Shown: positions 1 to 14,238, numbered from the stretch's first letter. The stretch is DNA of 64,000 bases from Octopus vulgaris (GCA_951406725.2 OX597820.1:74090001-74154000); one strand, 5' to 3'. The notes: generated by a model from the sequence alone, not told the origin. Translations and numbers: made by a program.

Positions 1-329
1 GAAGAACTCAATCTCTCTTTAAACTGGCTCGAAAATATCTCAAAAGGTCTGTTTTCTTCGACCATCTCTCTGCTGAGGATTAATCTCAGCTTTAACAAGT
101 TGTCTGCGATTTACAACGATAGTTTTTTAGGCTTAACTCACATGAGGGAACTGAATTTAGCCAATAATTCTATAAGACATCTTGATGCCAGGGCCTTCAG
201 CGTAGGAAAGTTGAACCAGCTTTCTCAACTGACATGGTTGAATCTCCAGTTTAACCAAATCGGAGAGATTTTACCTCAAGTCTTCCATGAGTCACCACAT
301 TTGAAATTTCTCAACATCGGACACAACAG
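1..329 (+). CDS. LRR-pseudoprotease gene, LRR exon A (5' part lies outside the window)
   Basis: Open frame from base 1 (EELNLSLNWLENISKGLFSST...LNLANNSIRHL...LNLQFNQIGEI...LNIGHN) with LxxLxLxxN repeats. Donor AG|GTTAGT at 330, phase 2, matches the next exon. Confidence 0.92.
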
Positions 330-2683
330 GTTAGTGACTATTTAGAGTAGTGCTTCGCAAGCTTTTCCTGTCAACGTCCCAAAACTTTATTGGCTCCCAA
401 ACGACCATTTCCACATTTTCATGTCTATTCTTTTCAAAACTGTTGCTTAGTCTAGCAGTGTGCATGACTTGACAGATAATAACTCTTTCTACTATAGGTA
501 CAAGGTCTGAAATTTTGTGGAAGAGGACTAATGGACCCCGAAAGGATAAAAAACAAAGTGGACCTGGAGGAAGTTTGAACTCGGAACGTAAAAATCAGGA
601 AAATGCCGTTAAGCATTTTGTCTACAGTGCTAACGATTCCGTCAGCTCGCCACTTTTTTTTCAAGAGAAAACAATTATATTATTAAGTTCAAAACTGAAT
701 CAATTTTTTTAAATATATAATTTCTATTGTTTACTTAATCAAACAATTATCTTTACAATAAGTGAATCATACAACATAATCCTAAAATAACTCAGTAAGA
801 AATAATATTTCGAAACTTCGTGAGTTTTCTATTCCGCAAATGAGCTAAAAGTGTCGGAACATCTACAGATTTTCTTAGGTTTCAAATATATTCATTCTTA
901 TTTGTCCTTGCTCTAAATTCCTTTTACGTTGTTGAAACCAAAGTCAAAAAAAGGAAATATTTAGCAGCCGGAAGATTGCAATTCTAATTTACATTCGAAT
1001 CAGTCTTTCTTCCGGTATAAACAATGTTTTTTAACACTTCATAGTCAATCGAATGTAATTTGTTGAGTTAGGTGAAGGTGGTGTACAGGGTGATAACTTA
1101 TAGATGAAGTAGAAACCATTGTTAGAGAAGAAACAAAGATAGTGAACGGACATTATTCAGTAACGGATAATTATTGGAAGAATGGTGAATTGGAAAAGGT
1201 TGTCGGTCAAGCAATATAAAAATCAATATCACCATCGTATTTCGACGTGGTTGAATATCCAACCCCAACCAGTCGGGGTGAATAGTATGATGTACTATTC
1301 ATCCTTTCAATCGGTGAATGCAAAAACGTGTCTCGCGAGGCCGCTGTTCGGGAGATTTTCCTGAGTCACCATCTCACCTTATAACTTCCTTTCCTGGATT
1401 CTGTGGTGCATATATTCCCTTTCCCCACCGGACTGGATGGCCGACCATTGTCGGATTACTCATTTTTGATAGCTGAGAGGACTGGAGCAATCTGAAATGT
1501 AGTGTTTTGCTCAAAAACACAACGCATCACCCAATCCAGGAATCGAAACCGCAACCTTGCAATCATGAGTCGAACACCCTAACCACTAAGCCACAATAAC
1601 AATTTTGGTAAAGACGGTAGAATGTTTGACCAATTAACACCAATGTCGATTTGGAGAAGATGTTAGCAATGTTATTTAAAAAATATATCGTGTTATTGAA
1701 GCCACAATAAATGGTAGCATGACTGTACATGGCAGTAAGCTGGTAACGTTGTTAGCGTGTAGAACAAAATGCTTAGCGGCATTTCTTCCAGCTCTTTACG
1801 TTCTGAGTTCAAATCCTGTCGAGGTCAACTTTATCTTTCATCGCTTTGGGGTTGACAGAATATAGTACTAACCAAGTACTGGGGTCGAGGCAATCGATTT
1901 GTCCTCTTTGACTCGAAAATGGCTGACATTGAACCCTGCAACAGACTGGCATCATAACCACCAGTAATGTTATGACTTTGATCACTTATATGCCACAGAA
2001 ACCGAGCAACCGTCCTTCTAAGCCTTCGAGCTTAGAAAAAAGTAGCTGTGTGTATGAGTGTGTGCGTGTATGCGTGTGTGTACATGTGCGTGAAACAGTG
2101 AGTATATGTGTGTGTGTACATAGGTGTGTGTGAACCGTGTGAGACAGTGCTTTGTCTAATACTCATGTCTATGGAAACGGTCTTCTGCATTCAGAGAATT
2201 TTGAGATACTTAATGGTTCCTGTAAAATGTTTACCTGATTCTACTGCGAGGGCAAGAGTCTTTTACAATATTCAAGGGTGACCAATGGTTGGCTGAAACT
2301 ATGTGAAAACTCGTCGTATGTGTGTGTGTATATGTGTGTGTGTTTGTGTGTGTGTCTTTTTGTTTGTGTTTGTCCTTTTCTCTCCACTTGACAAACTGGC
2401 GTTGGTTTTAGTCTCCGTGGCTTAGTGACTCGGCAAAAGAATTCAATAGAATAAGTGCCAGATTTAGAAGAAAAAAAGGAAAATGTCTGGGGTCAATTTG
2501 TTCAACGAAACCGATCAATGCGGTGCTCCAGCATAGCTGCCATCCAATGACTGAAATAGATACAAAATATTACTGTCTCACTTCGCTCTCAACATTAATG
2601 AATTTCTCATAGCATTTTGTCATTTTGCTCTCTGAGTATAAATCCTCTCGAGGTCGTGTCCGGGCAGATTCAATCGTCTAAAT

Positions 2684-2965
2684 CAGTGGTTCCCAAAGTG
2701 GGCAGTACTTCCCCCTTGGTGCACAGATCCAGGGGGCGTTGATGAAAAGTGGGATGATAATGGGGTGGCCATAATGGGGTGACAGATGTAAACGTAAATA
2801 TATTAATAATTTAATTAGGTTTAAGTTGTATTTGTGAAATAGAATTGTTTTGAATTTGCTGCAGAGAGTGGTCTATATTTGTGGTGGAGGTGAGGGTGAG
2901 GGGGCACTAGGAATGTGGTCTGGGTGTCAAGGGGGCGGCAACCTGAAAAATTTTGGGAACCACTG
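2684..2965. mobile_element. hAT-type MITE
   Basis: TIRs CAGTGGTTCCCAAA...TTTGGGAACCACTG with 8-bp TSD GTCTAAAT/GTCTACAT. A related copy lies at 54027-54214. Confidence 0.85.
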
Positions 2966-2973
2966 GTCTACAT

Positions 2974-3301
2974 CAATGGTACTCAACCAGGGTCCATATT
3001 GTCCCTGATGGTCCTTGTAAGATTTTTGGGGTTCCACACTACAAAACAGTTAATTGGGGACACACAAAGAGCCCACGAAAGAAATTTGCTTTAGATTTAT
3101 TGCAAGAAACGGCCTGGTTTCTTTCTTTAACATTTTACATAGTTCAACCGACACAAGTTAATGTGTGAGAAACAAACTAGGCATTTTGAAAGAAATATCT
3201 ATAAAACTAGTTTTTAATCCCTGAGTGGATATGGAGGGGTTCCACCAAAATAGAATAGTATTCAAAGGGACCCATAGGTAAAAAATGGTTGAGAAACCCT
3301 G
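2974..3301. mobile_element. Second hAT-type MITE abutting the first
   Basis: Degenerate TIRs CAATGGTACTCAACC...GGTTGAGAAACCCTG flanked by GTCTACAT/GTCTAATT. Confidence 0.7.
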
Positions 3302-4247
3302 GTCTAATTCCTTTTCTTTACAAAATGTGTTGTCCTTGCATCAATGTAAGAATTTCTATTAATATCAGACAGTGATTTGTGGAAGGCCACACATTATAAG
3401 GAAGAAGCGAAGTCGTTTAAAATGACACCATTACACCAATAGTATTTTCTTTTATTGACTCCCTAAAGAAATCCACGCTATAAAAATTCAGAGGGGGAAG
3501 GTATAAAGTCGAATTAAATACTTGACTGATACTTTATTTTATCCACCCCGGAAAGATGAAAGACAAATTCGACCGGAGCGACATTTGAAAACAGAATGTA
3601 AAGAGCCGCAGATAGAAACCGTTAGACATTTTGTTCAACGTTCCGTTGATTCTCTCAATACACAGTTGCGATGTAAGAACCGTTTCCAACTGAAGCACAG
3701 GGCCAGCAACTTTAAGTGGAGGGGTGGGGGGTAGGAAGTTTAGATGATTATGTCCTCCCCAGCATTTTACTGGTACGTTATTTTATCAAACAAGGAGAGA
3801 TGAAAAGCAGCGTTCGGCTCAGCCGGATTTGAGATCAGGATGCAAAGAGACGAATAAATTCCTCTGAGTTACACGCAAACATGCACACATGTGCGCAGAA
3901 ATATACAAATACAGATAGAAAGAATAAGGAAGAGGGAAAGAGATGAAGACATTGCTGTTTATTGACTGAACATGATTGGCGTGGACACGCCCTCTCTTCA
4001 TTCTCGTAAAGAAATAAGTTCACCAACATAAAAAAGGAAAGGGAGGAGATAGACGAAGAGAGAGAAAGCGAGAAAGAGGAGGGAGGAGGGAGAGAACGAG
4101 AGAAGCATTAAAACATCTGATGTTAAATTATTCAGCGTTAAATCGGCGACGCCATAACAGCTGCGCCAAAACGTCTCATATACAGACCTAGACTAGTATT
4201 TACTTTAGCTCCAGACCCCAAAAGAATGTAGAACAAAGCCCATCTTG

Positions 4248-4460
4248 ATTATTTGCCAACATAACATGGCAGTCCTGATTTAGGACGAATGTTGCTGTAA
4301 TTTAACCCCATGAGACATCGTAGGGGTTTAGAGTCCCTTGTTCGAAAATATAAAGACACAGATCGGGTCGTATAGCCAGCTGGAGACGATGTCTCCTGGA
4401 GCTAAATTACTGCAATATTTGTCCTAAACCAGGACTGCCATGTTATGTCGGCAAACAATC
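4248..4460. repeat. Inverted repeat (~74-bp arms, ~65-bp spacer), MITE-like
   Basis: 4248-4321 is the imperfect reverse complement of 4387-4460. Confidence 0.75.
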
Positions 4461-4921
4461 TTTACTCCAAAGTGCTGTTGCTGAATATCTCTCGTTGTGA
4501 GATTTACAAATAGTGATTTTCTAAAGCCCATCTCCTTTGGATAGGTACTGAGAGCAGAAAACACCGAATTAGAACAAAAAAGCATAAGGCTAAGACATAC
4601 ATTCCATTCCTCTCTCGAATGGGTCTACCAAATCCACTCTCTTGTTGGTTACTACGTATCGAAAGAGCTTTTACAGTTTATCTTTCACTTGTTTCAGTCA
4701 TTAGACTGCGGTCATGCTGGAGCACTACCGTAAAGAATTTTAGTCTAACGAATGGACCCCAGTACTTATCTTTTAAGGCCTCGTACTTATTCTATCGGTA
4801 CCTTTTGCCAAACCGCTACCTTACTGGGGCATAAACGTACCAACACTGGTTGTCAAGTGGCAGTAGAGGACAAACGCGCGCACGCACAGACAGACAGACA
4901 CACTCACACACTCCCAGAGGC

Positions 4922-4961
<40 letters not shown>

Positions 4962-4964
<3 letters not shown>

Positions 4965-5340
4965 CGCAGGCGTGGCTGTGAGGTGAGAAGCTTACTTCCC
5001 AACCACATGGTTCCGGGCTTAGTCCCACTGTGTGACTCCTTGACCAAATGTCTTCTACTATAACCTCGAGTCAACGAAAGCCTCGTGAATGGATTTGGTA
5101 GACGGAAACTGAAAGAAGCCTGTCGTATATATATATATGCTTGTGTGTCTGTGTCTGTCCTCCCACCATTGCTTGACAACCAATATTGGTGTATTACGTC
5201 CCCGTAATTTACCATTTTGGCAAAAGAGACCGATAGAATAATTATTAGGCTTACAAAGAATAAGTCTTGGAGTCAATTTGTTCGACTAAAGATGGTGATC
5301 CAGTATGACCGCAGTCAAATGACTGAAATAAGTAACAGAA
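4962..5340 (+). mobile_element. tRNA-derived SINE family A (central TA/TG microsatellite)
   Basis: Head GGCGCAGG(C/A)GTGGCTGTG...GGTTCAGTCCC with A/B-box-like motifs, conserved body and tail ...AATGACTGAAACAAGTAAAAGA. Many copies in the window. Confidence 0.85.
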
Positions 5341-5372
5341 AAAAAAGAAAAAAGGATAGAATATAAATACAT

Positions 5373-5403
<31 letters not shown>

Positions 5404-5675
5404 CGAGATACACACAACGGGTTTCTTTCAGTTTCCATCTACCAAATCTACTCACAAGGGTTTGGTCGGCCCGAGTCTATAGCAGAATACATATACTGTA
5501 AGACTGACCCAGGAACCATGTGGTTGGGGATCAATCTTCACACCTACGCCTGCATATAAGATATAAGGGTTTTTTTTTTCTTTAGGTGATCCCTTTTTAA
5601 AATAAAGTATCTATAATGTTATGCATTGTGACATAAGCCTAAGCTATATTATTATCTTTTTCATTTCTATTCCAG

Positions 5676-6294
5676 AATACGGGCTCTTCATAATGACACG
5701 TTCCAACAAATGCCGTATTTGAGTACATTGCTTTTAAACAACAACGAGTTAGAAAGACTGACCGTTGGGCAGTTTCATATACAGAAATCACTCACTCATC
5801 TAAATCTAGCGAAGAACAGATTACGTTCTTTGGAAGAAGGAATTTTCTCTGGATTGGGCAATCTTCAAAAAGCCGTCTTTACCTTTAACCAAATAAGCAG
5901 TATTGGTGAAAAAACATTCGAAGACACACCGAATTTATTTCGATTTGAATTTGCTAATAACAAGCTTTCAACATTCAACTTTGATATCTTAGCTCCAATG
6001 CGCAGACTCCACTACGTTGATCTGAATCGAAACATGTTAACATCCTTGAAGGAAACGAAACGGCGTGATATTTTCATAGTGTATTTGTCATTGGCTGCAA
6101 ACGAATTGGTGACTTTAGAAAAAAGTATCCTCCGTGTGCTGGTTCCTGGCGCTTCGGTTGTTCTATCGGACAACCCCCTTGATTGTGATTGCAAACTACG
6201 CTGGTTACGTGAATATGTACAGAAAAAACAATTGCTCCTAAGTTTCAGTGAACAAACACTTTGTAAAATGCCAAGAAATGTAACAGGCTTAAAG
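5676..6294 (+). CDS. LRR-pseudoprotease gene, exon B (LRRs plus first half of the LRRCT cap)
   Basis: Pyrimidine tract plus TTCCAG acceptor ending 5675. The spliced junction reads GHN-R-IRALHNDTFQQMPYL. Contains typical LRRs and the LRRCT motif NPLDCDCKLRWL...C.MP..V.G. Donor AAG|GTCAGT at 6295, phase 0. Confidence 0.93.
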
Positions 6295-6520
6295 GTCAGT
6301 TATCTTTCTATTTATTCTCTTATTCTTTCATTCTTTCACTTGTTTCAGTCTTTTGACTGTAGCCATGCTTGAGCACCGCCTATATATTATTTTCATTTAT
6401 AAAACTCATCCGTTAAATACAGGACCCTAGTATGAATATGTTTACTTAAACCACTCCCTGTCTTTTGCTAAGAAAGCTAACGCTCTCTCTATATATATGT
6501 CCTTTGGTATTTTCTTTTGT

Positions 6521-6900
6521 GGAGGCGCAATGGCTCGGTGGTTAGGGCAGCGGACTTGCGGTCATACGATCGCTGTTTCGATTCCCAAACCGGGCGTTGT
6601 GGGTGTTCGAGTGAAGGTACTTAAAGCTCCACGAAGCTCCGGCAGGGGTGTGGGGGTGAACTTTGTTGCATTCTTTCACCACAACTTTCTCTCACTCTTT
6701 CTTCCTGCTTCTGTTGTACCTATATTTCAAAGGGCCAGCCTTGTCACACGCTGCATCACGCTGAACCTCCTCGAGAACTACGTTAAGGGTACACGTGTCT
6801 GTAGGGCGCTCAGCCCCTTGCGCGTTAATTTCACAAGTAGGCTGTTCCATTGATCGAATCAACTACAACCCTCGTCGTCGTAACCGACGGAGTGCCACGA
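6521..6900 (+). mobile_element. tRNA-derived SINE family C
   Basis: Head GGAGGCGCAATGGCTCGGTGGTTAGGGCAGCGGACTTGCGG...TTCGATTCCC. The tail GTAACCGACGGAGTGCCAC recurs near 18870 and 19110. Confidence 0.75.
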
Positions 6901-6904
6901 CATT

Positions 6905-7145
6905 TTCTTTTACCCAAAACCAAGAACTATTCCGCATACTTCCTGGTTTTCGGTAAAAGAAGATACAGGAAGATCAGTTAAATGTGATTTTATTCAACAT
7001 ATTCTCCCCTCAGATTCACACACTTATTGCAGCGGTCCTTCAGTTTTTCTACGCCCTGTAAAAGAACTCCGAAGGTTGGACCTTGAACCAGGCCTTTCGC
7101 GACACCATTAAAGCTAGGAACTTTTCAACACCACTCCCCTCGTAT
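6905..7145 (-). mobile_element. Mariner-type MITE remnant
   Basis: Minus-strand terminus TA-CGAGGGAGTGGTGTTGAAAAGTTCCT resembles a mariner TIR. Confidence 0.55.
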
Positions 7146-7379
7146 CTTTGAGGTATGAACATGCTTCGCACACGCACATACACACACACCATTTAATGGA
7201 CAGAGTATAAAAATACGACCTACTAATATAAGTTTCTTACTTGTAGAGGTAAGAAAGTAGAAGTAACACATATCTTTATACTCTGTACGTTAATTGATAT
7301 TTATCTCTCACTGGGTGGAGTACCTTTTTGTTGATGTTACCTTAACGGAACAATAAACTACACACACACACACACACTC

Positions 7380-7420
<41 letters not shown>

Positions 7421-8137
7421 CGCATAAATGTTTTTGTTTAACAAACGAGAATAAAAGAACTGTATATATTATGAGGGTGGGGGGAACAGTCAGTTGATTG
7501 TGAGTAGCTAATGCCATGATCTGCAGTACTTAGAGCTCTTCATCCTCTGCATTCATTTTAGCGAAATTCTACCCGAAAGAACAAAAACAGCGGAAAAACT
7601 TCTGAACAGCGACGGCGCGCAGTGCCAGCTGCATATTCGTAAATGTGTACGCACTGGCGCAGAAGTGGCTGTGTAGTAGGGATCTCGCTTCCCAACCACA
7701 TGGTTCCGGGTTCAATCCCACTGCGTGGCACCTTGGGCAAGTGTCTTCTTCTATAGCCTCGGGCCGACCAAAGCCTTGTGAGTGGATTTGGTAGACGAAA
7801 AGGAAAGAAGCTCGTCGTATATATATATATATATATACATGGAGTAGATAAAACATGGGACAACTGATGAAGGGGAATATTCTATATGTAGCCTCCCTCG
7901 TTTCTCTGTTTGTTTCTTTCGTTGTTCTAAAAAAAGTTCGTTTTCTATGTTTTTTGCTTTTATGTTCTCGTTTTTCATTCTGTCCACGTCTTTTTGATAT
8001 CCTGTACCCATATATGCATGTATATAGACATGTAGGTATGTACATATATGTATGTATATATGCATATATGCATATATTTATATATATTTATGTATTAGTC
8101 TAGCATATGTGTTCTCTTTCTCACTGATCTTCAGCTT

Positions 8138-8650
8138 TATGCATGTATGCATGTATGCATGTATATATGTATGCATGTATGTATGTATATATGCATGTAT
8201 GTATGCATGTATGTATATATGTATGCATGTATATATGTATGTATGTATCTATGTATGTGTGTATGCATGTATGTATGCATGCATGTATGTATGCATGTAT
8301 ATATGTATGCATGTATGTATGTATATATGCATGTATGTATGCATGTATGTATAAATGTATGCATGTATATATGTATGTATGTATGTGTGTATGCATGTAT
8401 GTATGCATACATGTATGTATGCATGCATGTATGTATGTATGTATGCATGTATTATGTATGCTTGTATGTATATATGTATGCATGTATGTATGCATGTATG
8501 TATATATGTATGTATATATGTATGTATGTATGTATATATGTATGTATGTATGTGTGTATGTTTGTATGTATGTGTCAAAGTATATATATAGATGTATATC
8601 TAAGTATATATACAGACGTATGTATGTATGTATGTATGTAAGTACGTACG
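8138..8650. repeat. (ATGT)n-type compound microsatellite
   Basis: Direct inspection. Confidence 0.95.
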
Positions 8651-8832
8651 TATCTCACTAGTCAGTTTCATTTCAAGATTTCTTGCCAATAGAACCTAGA
8701 TCCAAGGTTCCTTCATTGTAACTTCAACAACACCAATAGAGTATTGTATGTATGTATGTATGTATGTATGTACGTAAGTATGTATATATATATATATATA
8801 TATATCTTTCTCTCTCTATATATATATGTACG

Positions 8833-8878
<46 letters not shown>

Positions 8879-8952
8879 CACACACATACATACATCTGTG
8901 CACGGTTAAATGCACGATTACTACTGTATGACTTAAACTTCACGTAGGTTAT

Positions 8953-9018
<66 letters not shown>

Positions 9019-9857
9019 TATCATGAGCTTGATTGGACAGGTGTCTGCCTAATGGAAATAACGAATTGCGTGGGTGAGTTCGGGACGAGCAGCGATGTTG
9101 TTTTATGGAGAAGAGATAATATAACAGAAAGGTGAAACAGACAGAAGGGATGAAGGAAAAATATGGAGGAGAAGAAGCAGGACAAAAAAAAAAGAGGGCG
9201 AAAAAGTAGAAGACGAAGAAAAAGAAAAAGAAGTGAAAAGGAGTGAAAGAAAGAAAGGAGGAAGGAACGAAAGAAAGAAGGAAAGAAAGAAAGGGGGAAG
9301 GAACGTAAGAGAGAAGGAAAGAAGGAAGGGAAGAAGGAAAGGAAGAAAGAAAGAAGGAAAGAAAGAAAGAAGGAAGGAAAGAAGGGAGGAATGAACGAAA
9401 GAAAGAAGGAAGGAAGGAATGGAAGAAAGAAGGAAGGAAAGAAAGACAGAAGGAAGGAAAGTAAAGAAAGAAGGAAAGAGAGAGGGAGAGAAAGGGAGAG
9501 AGAGGGAGAAAGAAAGCAAGAAATAAATATGGGAAAATTTAGGAGAAGTAAGTTAGAGAAGGAAATTGGGGTGAAGAGGTACGCTCAGAAAAGAAAGAAA
9601 AGGAGGCAAGTCAAATTTGTAGCTGTGGAGGTATGAGACGTTTTGCCTCAGCCGTTTTGGCGGCGCAGATTTACTGTCGCAGATTCAACGCTGACTTATT
9701 TGACAGCAGACTTTTTAATGTTTCTCACGTTCTCCCATTCTTTCCATTCCCCGCCTTCTCTCTGTTTTTATGTGTGAGCATATTTCTCTTTTATATATGA
9801 GGAGACGGAAAAGGTTTATGTCAGTCGTGTTCAATCAATAATTTATAATATATATAT

Positions 9858-10250
9858 AGGCGTAGGAGTGGCTGTGTGGTAAGTAGCTTGCTTACCAAAC
9901 ACATGGTTCTAGGTTCAGTCCCACTGCGTGGCACCTTGGGTAAGTGTCTTCTACTATAGCCTCGGGTCGACCAAAACCTAGTGAGTGGATTTGGTAGAGG
10001 GAAACTGAAAGAAGCCTGTCGTATATATATACCTATATATGTGAGTGTGTGTGTATTTGTGTGTTTGTCCCTCCACCATCGCTTGACAACCGATGTTGGT
10101 GTGTTTATGTCCCCGTAATTTAGCGGTTCGGCAAAAGCGATCGATAGAATAAGTACTAGGCTTATACAGAATAAGTCCCGGGGTCGATTTGTTCGACTAA
10201 AGGCGGTGCTCCAGCATGGCTGCAGTCAAATGACTGAAACAAATAAAAGA
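9858..10250 (+). mobile_element. SINE family A, full length
   Basis: Matches the other family A copies from head to tail. Confidence 0.88.
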
Positions 10251-10726
10251 ATATATATATATATGTCCCTCTCTCTCCACTCCACACACACAAACACAGA
10301 CACACACACACACACACACACTCTCTCTCTCTCTCTCTCTCTTTCTCTCCACAGTATCTCTGTCACTCTTTCTATCTATCTGTAAGTATATATTTCTGTG
10401 TGTATGTGCGTGTTAGTATGAGTGTGTGTTTACCTCTAGTGCCAAAAAGTACTATTACAGGCTGTATGTGCAGCCAGCCAAGCCAAATGGACTGAGTCCA
10501 GACATTCACATCAAATATTTGCACCTTTCCACTCTGTAGTAGTGGCCCTTATTTGTAGAAGATGTTGTAAACGTAGTGGAATGTATAAATGAGAATCTCT
10601 GAGAGACGTGGTGAGCTTGAAACAACGATGGTAAGAATATGGATAATCGACGATACCTGACTGTAGAATATAATGGTAAAAAACAAAATTATTTAATAAT
10701 AATCTGATGTGATAGTAGTAGTAGTG

Positions 10727-10780
<54 letters not shown>

Positions 10781-11092
10781 TTGGGGTATATGCTGTAACA
10801 GCGCGTTGCTGCATCCACCAGTTAGTCGGTGATTCCCTACTCCAGGTAGATGACACTTTTGCACTACTCGGGCGGCAACCCCCCAACCTATGGGTCTGTT
10901 TGAGTAGTCGCTGCTAGTGATGGTTTTGCGAGATCGAAGTACAGATCCCACCTCAACCTCTTTTAGATGCATTTTACGACACGGAGAGAAGAAACTGGGT
11001 CGCTTCTTTGACATGCCGTTCACCACACAGCACAGACTGTCCAGGTTAAGCGTCCCTACACTCACACACTGATATGATAATATTGTGTTACT

Positions 11093-11745
11093 AAGGTGGT
11101 AAGCTGACAGAATCGTTAGCACGCCGGGCGAAATGCGTAGCCGTATTTCGTCTGCCGTTACGTTTTGAGTTCAAATTCCGCCGAGGTCGACTTTGCCTTT
11201 CATCCTTTCGGGGTCGATAAATTAAGCACCAGTTACGCACTGGGGTCAGTGTAATCGACTTAATCCGTTTGTTTGTCCTTGATTGTCCCCTCTGTGTTTA
11301 GCCCCTTGTAGGTAGTAAAGAAAAGGGTATTTCATCTGTCTTTACGTTCTGAGTTCAAATTCCGCCGAAGTCGACTTTACCTTTCATCCTTTCGGGGTAG
11401 ATAAATTATGTACCAGTTGCGTACTGGGTCGATGTAATCGACTGGCCCTCTCCCCCAAAATTTCGGGCCTTGTGCCTAGAGTAGAAAAGAATATTGTGTT
11501 ACTACTAAAAGCAGCGAGCTGGCAGAACCGTTAGCACGCCGGGCGAAATACTTAGCGGTATTTTGTCTGCCGGTATTTCGTTCTGAGTTCAAATTCCGCC
11601 GAGGCTGTCTTTGCCTTTCATCCTTTCGGGGTCGATTAAATAATTACCTGTTACGCACTGGGGCCGATGTAATTGACTTAATCCCTTTGTCTGTCCTTGT
11701 TTGTCTCCTCTATGTTCAGCCCCCTGTGGGCAATAAAGAAATAAA
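11093..11745 (+). mobile_element. SINE family B, tandem/dimeric copies
   Basis: Head AAGG(C/T)GG..AGCTGGCAGAA.CGTTAGCACGCCGGGCGAAATGC, B-box GAGTTCAAATTCC, and core GAGGTCGACTTTGCCTTTCATCCTTTCGGGGTCGATAAAT present three times. Confidence 0.85.
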
Positions 11746-13267
11746 TATTGCGTTGAATCAAAAGTTTTGCAACATTTTGGTAACTTATTTGTTTTATTGG
11801 TCAATTTACAAGGAAGCAGCCTAGGAGTCAAAGTAGAGGCCATCGTGTTGCATCGTCTGAAGCTGCCTTTCTGCCAGTTCTTTGATCCCACGTTTACTTC
11901 TTGCGCTCGCGACTCTTTGTCAACCAAGAGGAAATGGACGCTTTAGTGAAGGAGTTCTTCACCTCGAAGGACAAGAGATGGTATCAGTTCGAGTTCAAAG
12001 TTCTGTTTTGAATATTAGACTGCTTTTGTTGTAATTTGACAAATAATGCAACTAAGTTGCCAAAATATTGCAAGACTTATGACTCAACACAATATTGTGC
12101 TAGGTATGACAATAAACTGCATCCAGTGGCAAGGCTCCAGTTGGGGAGTTCAGGAGCTGTGGGGAATGTGGAGTTTCTCCTTAGTTGTCACCATTCCCAG
12201 GTCTGCTCTGGCCCGGAGTAGTAGTACCTGTTAGGGCCCCATTTATGGGTTAAATAATTACCTTACTCGAGTGGCGCCGGTAAGTTATAATCAGCCATTG
12301 AAAAGAACCATGGAGAGTGTACTTAACAGTATTAGGGTTAGATCCCCTAACTACACTGTTAGGGAGCAGCCTGGTCGTTATGACTCTGTTGGTTTAGAGC
12401 CATATATGAAAAAAAATGTGTAAAATTATGTATAATTGTGCATGGCTGCGTGGTTAAGAAACTTTCTTTGCAACCACGATGTCAGTGAGGATTGTGTGAT
12501 CACATTCACTTACACGCCATGGAAACCAGGTGACCAGCCCTACGAGTCCTCGGACACGAGTCATTAATGGCCAAGCGATTATCTTTTTCAACACTTAGGA
12601 AGTGAATACTGGAGGTAAGCTTCGGTAGGATTTGAACACAGAACGTAATCATAATTAATTTCATTCGCCTTTGAAGTCGGTTGCTGCAGCTTCCCATCTC
12701 GGTGGGTGAGTTATTTCCAGGTGAGGATAGATTTAGAATCCAGATGAGTGAAGAACGCTGATGAAACTAGTTCAAGATGGCTGTGGTTGATAAAACACTG
12801 CAATTAGAATCCTTCCAAAGGTGAAAACTAGCTCAGTTCTCGCTGCCCGACTCAGATGAAGGGTACAGGCTAAGGGGTGAAACGCTTATGACCCTGAGAT
12901 ACTTGTTGACAATACAAAAAGGTTTCCAACATTGCAATGGATTTAGAAAAGCTTGCAAAACTACAAACTCCTGCAGTTTCTGCGTCGGTCAAAACATCTC
13001 TGGTGTTTACTTCACCAACATACTCTAGACTTCAGCAGTCACGGCTATTTCTATGATAATTACTATACTGGCCGCAATGAAAGTCGCGAGTAGTGCGCAC
13101 CTACACGTTCTTCAATAAATAGTAGGACACTTAAGACGTACTTACCGTAAACAAGTTGAAGATCGCTGGCCTCCGATAGCATCTCTAGCTTGGCGCTTGG
13201 TATTTAATTAGCGGAAAATGTGTTTATATTGGGAGAAAACGGAAAACATTTAAGGTCTATTAGACTG

Positions 13268-13341
<74 letters not shown>

Positions 13342-13980
13342 CACGCGCACGCGCACATTCATATATGTATATATTACGTATGTCTGAATGTGTATATACT
13401 CATTGTATACACACACACACACTTATACACACTCACACACATATATATACATGTATATAAATTGCATATATATATTATATTCGTATAAATGCTTTTATAA
13501 AAATGTATGTGTATACATAAATATATACATTGATACATGTGTGTATGTGTGTGTGTGTATGTGTGTGTGTGTATGGGTGCGTGCTTGTGTATGTAGGAGG
13601 TGTGTGTTTGTGTGTATGTATGTGCATGCACGTTTGTGTGAAGGCGTAGGTTGACTGAATGCTTAAGAGACTTGCTTCCCAACCACAAGGTCTCAGTTTC
13701 GACCTCTCTGCATGGCATCTTACATAGAGCTTTATATTGACCCATATTTTGTGAGTAAAGCAGTGTGGGCGGAAACTGTACTGAAGCCTGTTGATGGATT
13801 GTAACGTGTAATTCAATGACACAGCCTTGTCACACATTGTATCGCGCTGTTTATTCTTTCCATTAAGAGAACGCTTGTCTGTGAAATTCTCAGCATCTTT
13901 GGTATTAATTCTGATACAACCGAACTAAATATTCCTGTTACCACCATATTCATCATGCACACACAAACGCACGCATACAC

Positions 13981-14011
<31 letters not shown>

Positions 14012-14049
14012 TTCAATATATACATTCACACATACGCTCACATATATAT

Positions 14050-14084
<35 letters not shown>

Positions 14085-14102
14085 TTGTATACATATATAT
14101 GT

Positions 14103-14194
<92 letters not shown>

Positions 14195-14238
14195 GTGTGT
14201 GTGTATGGATGTGTGAATGTATGTATATATAGTATATA

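Noticed and set aside
1-6372. Toll-like receptor call for the LRR exons
   Set aside because: Downstream in-frame exons give a linker and protease-like domain, with no TM or TIR. The hydrophobic ORF tail after 6294 is intronic read-through into a SINE tail.
8052-9024. Many ORFs of [16 protein letters not shown] type here and throughout the window
   Set aside because: Translations of microsatellites with no coding signal.
11093-11745. CRISPR-like regularly recurring repeat cores
   Set aside because: These are tandem SINE family B units in eukaryotic DNA, without unique equal-length spacers or cas genes.
12745-12780. CTGATGAAACTAGTTC as a hammerhead
   Set aside because: The two core boxes overlap, leaving no stem II.
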